A stretch of 12,559 nucleotides of DNA from a virus. The stretch lies in UHGV virus genome UHGV-0115919; one strand, 5' to 3'. The notes below the pieces were generated by a model. That model was not told the origin of the DNA and ran no database searches. It saw only the letters and a program-made list of their open reading frames with translations. This document shows, piece by piece, positions 1-12,559 of this stretch. The first letter of the stretch is position 1; every line of letters begins with the position of its first letter. The position numbers and the translations under genes were made by a program.

Positions 1-3874
<3,874 letters not shown>

Positions 3875-3876
3875 AA

Positions 3877-4204
<328 letters not shown>

Positions 4205-6072
4205 TTATTACGCCTTAATAGATAGTTGGACTACTGCTTCTGGGTGAGTTTGAACACAATCCAGATAGTGATAATTCCTAATTACTACGCCTAAACTAGA
4301 ACGATATGTCGTATCATCGTAATCTACAGAAGATCCTACCCAATTTGCGATAGTAACAAAGCTAAAATCACCCATTAGGATAGTATCATCAGCTACCATA
4401 GTGGATACGTGCAATGGCATTTCATCTAGCAACCATTGAGTATCAGCAAAACGCATACCTTCAGCTAGTGCAATTCCGGCTACTATTTGAGAGGAAAGGC
4501 GTCTGACGCAATTTAGCGTAGGTTACTGGACTAACGATAGCGATACAATCACGGGATTTAACGTTAGCAGTTAGTAGTTTTGCAAATGCTGCTTCGATAT
4601 CGGAATCTGCGATAACACCGGAAGCTGCGGTTTCTACTTTAGTAGCTTGTGCTTCAACAACGTCAACTACTGCTTTTTCTAGAGAAACAGCTACGTTTTC
4701 TAGTAGAACATCGGTGATGTAACGTTCGATATTAGGACTAGATAGGATTAGGCTACGGGTTAGTGGAATTGAACCAGCAAATAGTTTTGGACGCATAACG
4801 ATTTGATCGAAAGATGCAACGGATTCTTCAATCGCTTGACCTTCTTCATAGAATTTGAAGGATGCTTTAGAAGCGATACCAGTTAGACGTGGAATAGTAA
4901 ATTCACGGTTATTCATACCAGAATAAACTTTAACACCCATACGACCTAGGATTGAATCTGGAAGTAGTGGTTGGATAAAATCATCTGCATAGTTAGTTTG
5001 AATTGCACCTGCTGCGGTAACAGTAGTGGTATTTGCACGAGCTTGTGCTAGTTCACCAGCTTGTAGGGTAAAACCACGTTGACCTTGTTCTAGATTTTCT
5101 AGAGCGGATTTATCACCTTTAATTGCTTTAGCTAGTGCTTCGATAGTACGGACTTGTTGAGTCATTTTGTCTTCCTTAATATTAAGTTTATTATGTTTTT
5201 GTGTCTCGATTTCACGTTTAAAATCTTCGACGCTTACGTTATTATTTATTGCTTCAGTACTGTCAATATTAAAAACTTTAGCAATACTTTCAATTTCACG
5301 AATACGGGATTGATTCAATTCTTCAGCTTTAGCATCTTCAATTGCTTTCAATTCTGCATTAATGTTATTTAGTTCTTTTTCAACTTCCATTTTACGACGA
5401 GCTTTATCAAGTGAGCGTTTAGCTTCTTCTAGTTCGTGTTCTTCTGGTAGTTCTTCTTTTTCTTCATCTTCTTTAGATTCAGATTCAATTTCACGCACTT
5501 CTGTTTCTTCAACTTCAACCGCTTTTTCTTCAGTTTCTACTGCTTCAACTTCTTCGCGTTCAACTTTATTTTCTTCGTCCATGACAATTTCCTTAAGTTG
5601 TTCACTATCTTTATTTATGCTTCGACCAACACCTACTTTATTGTCGGCAGGACAACTAACCATACTTAATTCATATGGTTCGATCTTAGTTACCATTAGA
5701 TTATTACCTTCAAAATAATAATCACGAATGTTATAACCGAAAGATACTTTAGTTAGTACGCCTTCTTTTACTTGTTGATACTTCTGATCTGCAAATCCAG
5801 TAGCACTAAAACGGACGCTTGCACGTCCTACGCGGTCTGAATCAATTCGAGCATTCTCGACTACACCGATTAACCAATCCATATTGTGATTATATAGGAG
5901 TGGTGCACCTGTATTTAGTCGAGTAAGGTCTACGCTATCAGGAGTAGTAACAAGAATTTCATTGTAGATTTGTCCGTTGATTTCACGTTCTACGGGTTGC
6001 TCTGACATAAAGGCAATTTCTACTACGCGTGAATCATCATCGATAGAATTAGTAATACTTTGAATATTAATT

Positions 6073-8076
<2,004 letters not shown>

Positions 8077-8086
8077 ATATATTTCC

Positions 8087-10067
8087 TTAACGTTTGAAAT
8101 AGTTCTTACCAGTACTCTTAGTTTGAGCAAAACCAAACTTTTTACGTCTCTGTACTGGTTGTTCTATATATTTATCTTCATCTATATTTACTTCTGAAGT
8201 ATCTATATCTTTTTTATCTTCAATCTTTTTACGTTGGTTGGCATCATATATACGTAGTTCGGCAAATGGATTATTACCCAATGTACTTAAACGCCACTCG
8301 ATGGCTACTAAAGCATATGCAAGGCAGTCTAACATTTCGTTACGGTCTAGATTGCTCTTGCTCTTTTTCTCCCATACATAACGACCACCTTTGAATACTC
8401 GTTTTTCACTGGTCAACTGAATGAAATAATCGTCGGGGAGATTACCACTGAAATAGATATTAGTACCGAATGTTCCAGCTTCATCATGTATTGCTTGTTG
8501 TACTAACTTCATAATTGTATTTTTACTTTCACAACTATTAAGTATGATTAACTCTTTACCACCAGCTTTACTTTTCTTGAATAATTCCTGTGTACCATTA
8601 CCTTTAATTGGTCTTAGTAGTTTCTCGCCATATGCATTGTACTTATTACAGATACGATAGAATTGCTGGTTTTTCATGATAGATTGTATGTGTAGCGTTA
8701 CCGTTACCTGAGTCTATGAAGTTACCAAAATTACGTAATGGCTTACCTGATACAGTCTTGAATGGATACTTTAGATAACGTGCCAATTCTTCATATGCTG
8801 GTGATTCGACTTTAGTAGTATCTACGGCACTGAATATACGATGATCTAATACATAAACCTTCTTCTTATTGTCAGTAATACCTAATGTAGTAGTCTCGAT
8901 CCTATCTAATTGTTGATCGCTGCCTGTGAAAATTCCGGATAACATCATCGGGGATATTTTTAATATCAAAATCAAAATCTCTTAGGTTCTCTAAAATAGT
9001 TAAATCGATTTGTTTATTTGCTTCATCTTCATATGGTAAACCGTAATGATGTATTATAAAAAGTTTGAAGGTCAAAGTTTGCAAAACTATCACTAAAATC
9101 TTGTACAATCTTTTCGATAGTAGTTAGTGGACTATAAAGACGTGATATATGAAAGCCTGCATAGTCTGTTACTCCGGGGCGTGTCGCAATCCAACGACCA
9201 TTAGCTACGGCAGTATGTCGTTGTGCTTCAGTGAATGGTTTATCACACTTAGGACAATGCAGTTTTGCACCCTTCGATACTGCAATCTTCTTACCGTTCT
9301 TAGGATCTACAGTCCAGGTGAAGCGAACGTTAGCCCATACAATTTCATGTTCATGATTACAGTGCGGACACGGTACAAAATACTTACGCTGATCACTCTT
9401 AGACCATTCAACCATTACGGGATCTGTTGGATGTACTGGCGTTGATGCACTCATAATCAGACTATCGGCAAACGATGCACCGACGCTGATTAGCCAGTGC
9501 AATCGGATCGCCCTCATCAGTTTCTACTGCTCCCGATATCTCATCGAGGAATAGATACTTTGTAGTGACACTACGTAGCGTAGCTGGTGCACCTAACGAG
9601 GCAAAGTAAATCATAGTACCATCTTTCATCTCGATCTGGTTCTGGTCGTTCACGGCGTTCTTATCGGTCTTGCGTGTCACTAAATTATCTAGTACTGAAC
9701 ACTGTTTGATACCTTGTTCATATACACCCGTTTTATATTTCTTCTTCATCTCACCAGTGATTGAAGCATGTAACATATTCGATGGGTTATTATGCATCAG
9801 ATAGTAAGATGCATATGTCAGTATTGAAGTCTTGAGGATCTGAGCACTAGAAACAAATACCGTTTTACGGATACTTGGATTAACAATTATATCGAGGGGA
9901 TCGCGTTGGAAGGGAAATAAGCGTACGGGACTTCCATTCATTGGACCTGAAACAAATTTAATGTTCTCTTCGGTCCATTCACTCGGGAGGATTTTGCGAG
10001 GCGGAATTATCGCCTGATTCGCCTGACTGAATATCTTCGTTAGTTTCGTTGTTAAATCTTTCTTCAT
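8087..10067 (-). CDS. terL: Terminase large subunit, GpA (lambda A) family; reading frame broken into 5 fragments by single-base indels
   Basis: Track fragments 9462..10079, 9029..9517, 8902..9108, 8646..8975 and 8087..8677 form one co-linear protein of about 660 aa. It has a Walker-A-like KTVFVSSAQILKTS, an LFLDEISG Walker-B-like motif, and the CxxC...CxxC pair CPHCNHEHE...CPKCDKPF. Preferred start is ATG at 10067..10065 with AGGTGA 8 nt upstream; the track start at 10079 is a GTG. The break between the last two fragments is at the T5 run 8670..8674; adding one base gives ...THTIYHEKNQQFYRICNKY... Confidence 0.85.
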
Positions 10068-10500
10068 ATTTGAAATCACCTAGTTCTAATAATTTATCAT
10101 CTATATATTCTTGTAGTTTGTTTTTAATAGCCATGCCATCATCACCAACCTTTGATAGTTCCATATATGCCTGTACTGGTAGAGTACGGAATGATTGACG
10201 TATACGTGAACAATATGCAGCCAGTTCATCAGCTACTTCATTTACATAAACTACTTCACCAATGGTCAGTTTAGTTTCAATTTCTTGTTGGTCCGCACGG
10301 GCTTTAGTGAGTCGGATTTCTTCGCGTAGTTTTTCACTTTTCAGTGCTGGGTCACTCTTACGCAGTGGTGTAATTTTATTCTCAACTACCCACTTAAAAA
10401 CATCGGCATCTGGTGCGGATAGGTCTAATCCTTCCGTTTGCCAACGACTAATAACAGACATGTCATATCCATATATCAGTACTAAATCTTTTAACATCAT
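9979..10500 (-). CDS. terS: Terminase small subunit, lambda Nu1-like (173 aa)
   Basis: Intact ORF, ATG ATG at 10500..10495. N-terminal helix-turn-helix-like segment (LVLIYGYDMSVISRWQTEGL) and KLREEIRLTKARADQQ resemble Nu1 as I recall it. Sits immediately upstream of terL with an 89-nt overlap. Confidence 0.6.
   Translation of the reverse strand: MMLKDLVLIYGYDMSVISRWQTEGLDLSAPDADVFKWVVENKITPLRKSDPALKSEKLREEIRLTKARADQQEIETKLTIGEVVYVNEVADELAAYCSRIRQSFRTLPVQAYMELSKVGDDGMAIKNKLQEYIDDKLLELGDFKYEERFNNETNEDIQSGESGDNSASQNPPE

Positions 10501-12559
<2,059 letters not shown>

Noticed and set aside
5154-5718. Plus-strand ORFs 5154..5372 and 5362..5718 (Ser-rich)
   Set aside because: Antisense translation of the Glu/Lys-rich scaffold segment of the capsid polyprotein, which automatically gives Ser/Phe-rich shadow frames.
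9149-9445. Plus-strand ORF 9149..9445
   Set aside because: Antisense to the terL fragment that carries the recognisable CxxC zinc-finger-like motifs.

Overview
AT-rich window (about one-third GC by eye) dominated by a minus-strand phage/prophage late-gene block running right to left: Nu1-like small terminase, GpA-family large terminase, a gpW-like protein with an N-terminal extension, a lambda-type portal, a single polyprotein fusing an HK97-type prohead protease, an acidic scaffold segment and an HK97-fold major capsid protein, a gpFII-like connector, a 133-aa protein, and a tail fibre of more than 1150 aa that runs off the left edge and ends in a Peptidase-S74-type intramolecular chaperone domain. 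No tail tube, sheath or tape-measure gene lies between the neck genes and the fibre. Across a 383-bp AT-rich intergenic region, an OLD-family ATPase-Toprim nuclease gene diverges on the plus strand and runs off the right edge; its Arg codon usage (AGA/AGG) differs from the CGT-dominated phage genes, so I read it as acquired defence cargo and the most likely candidate for an interesting system, although any partner gene would be outside the window. At least 11 single-base frame disruptions break the fibre, connector, capsid, portal, terL and OLD genes, with no in-frame nonsense codons seen; those I resolved sit on short homopolymers, which points to assembly indel errors rather than real decay, but the sequence alone cannot settle this. 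All family assignments are from motif recognition by eye; no database search or HMM was run. No tRNA, rRNA, CRISPR array, integrase or att site was recognised.
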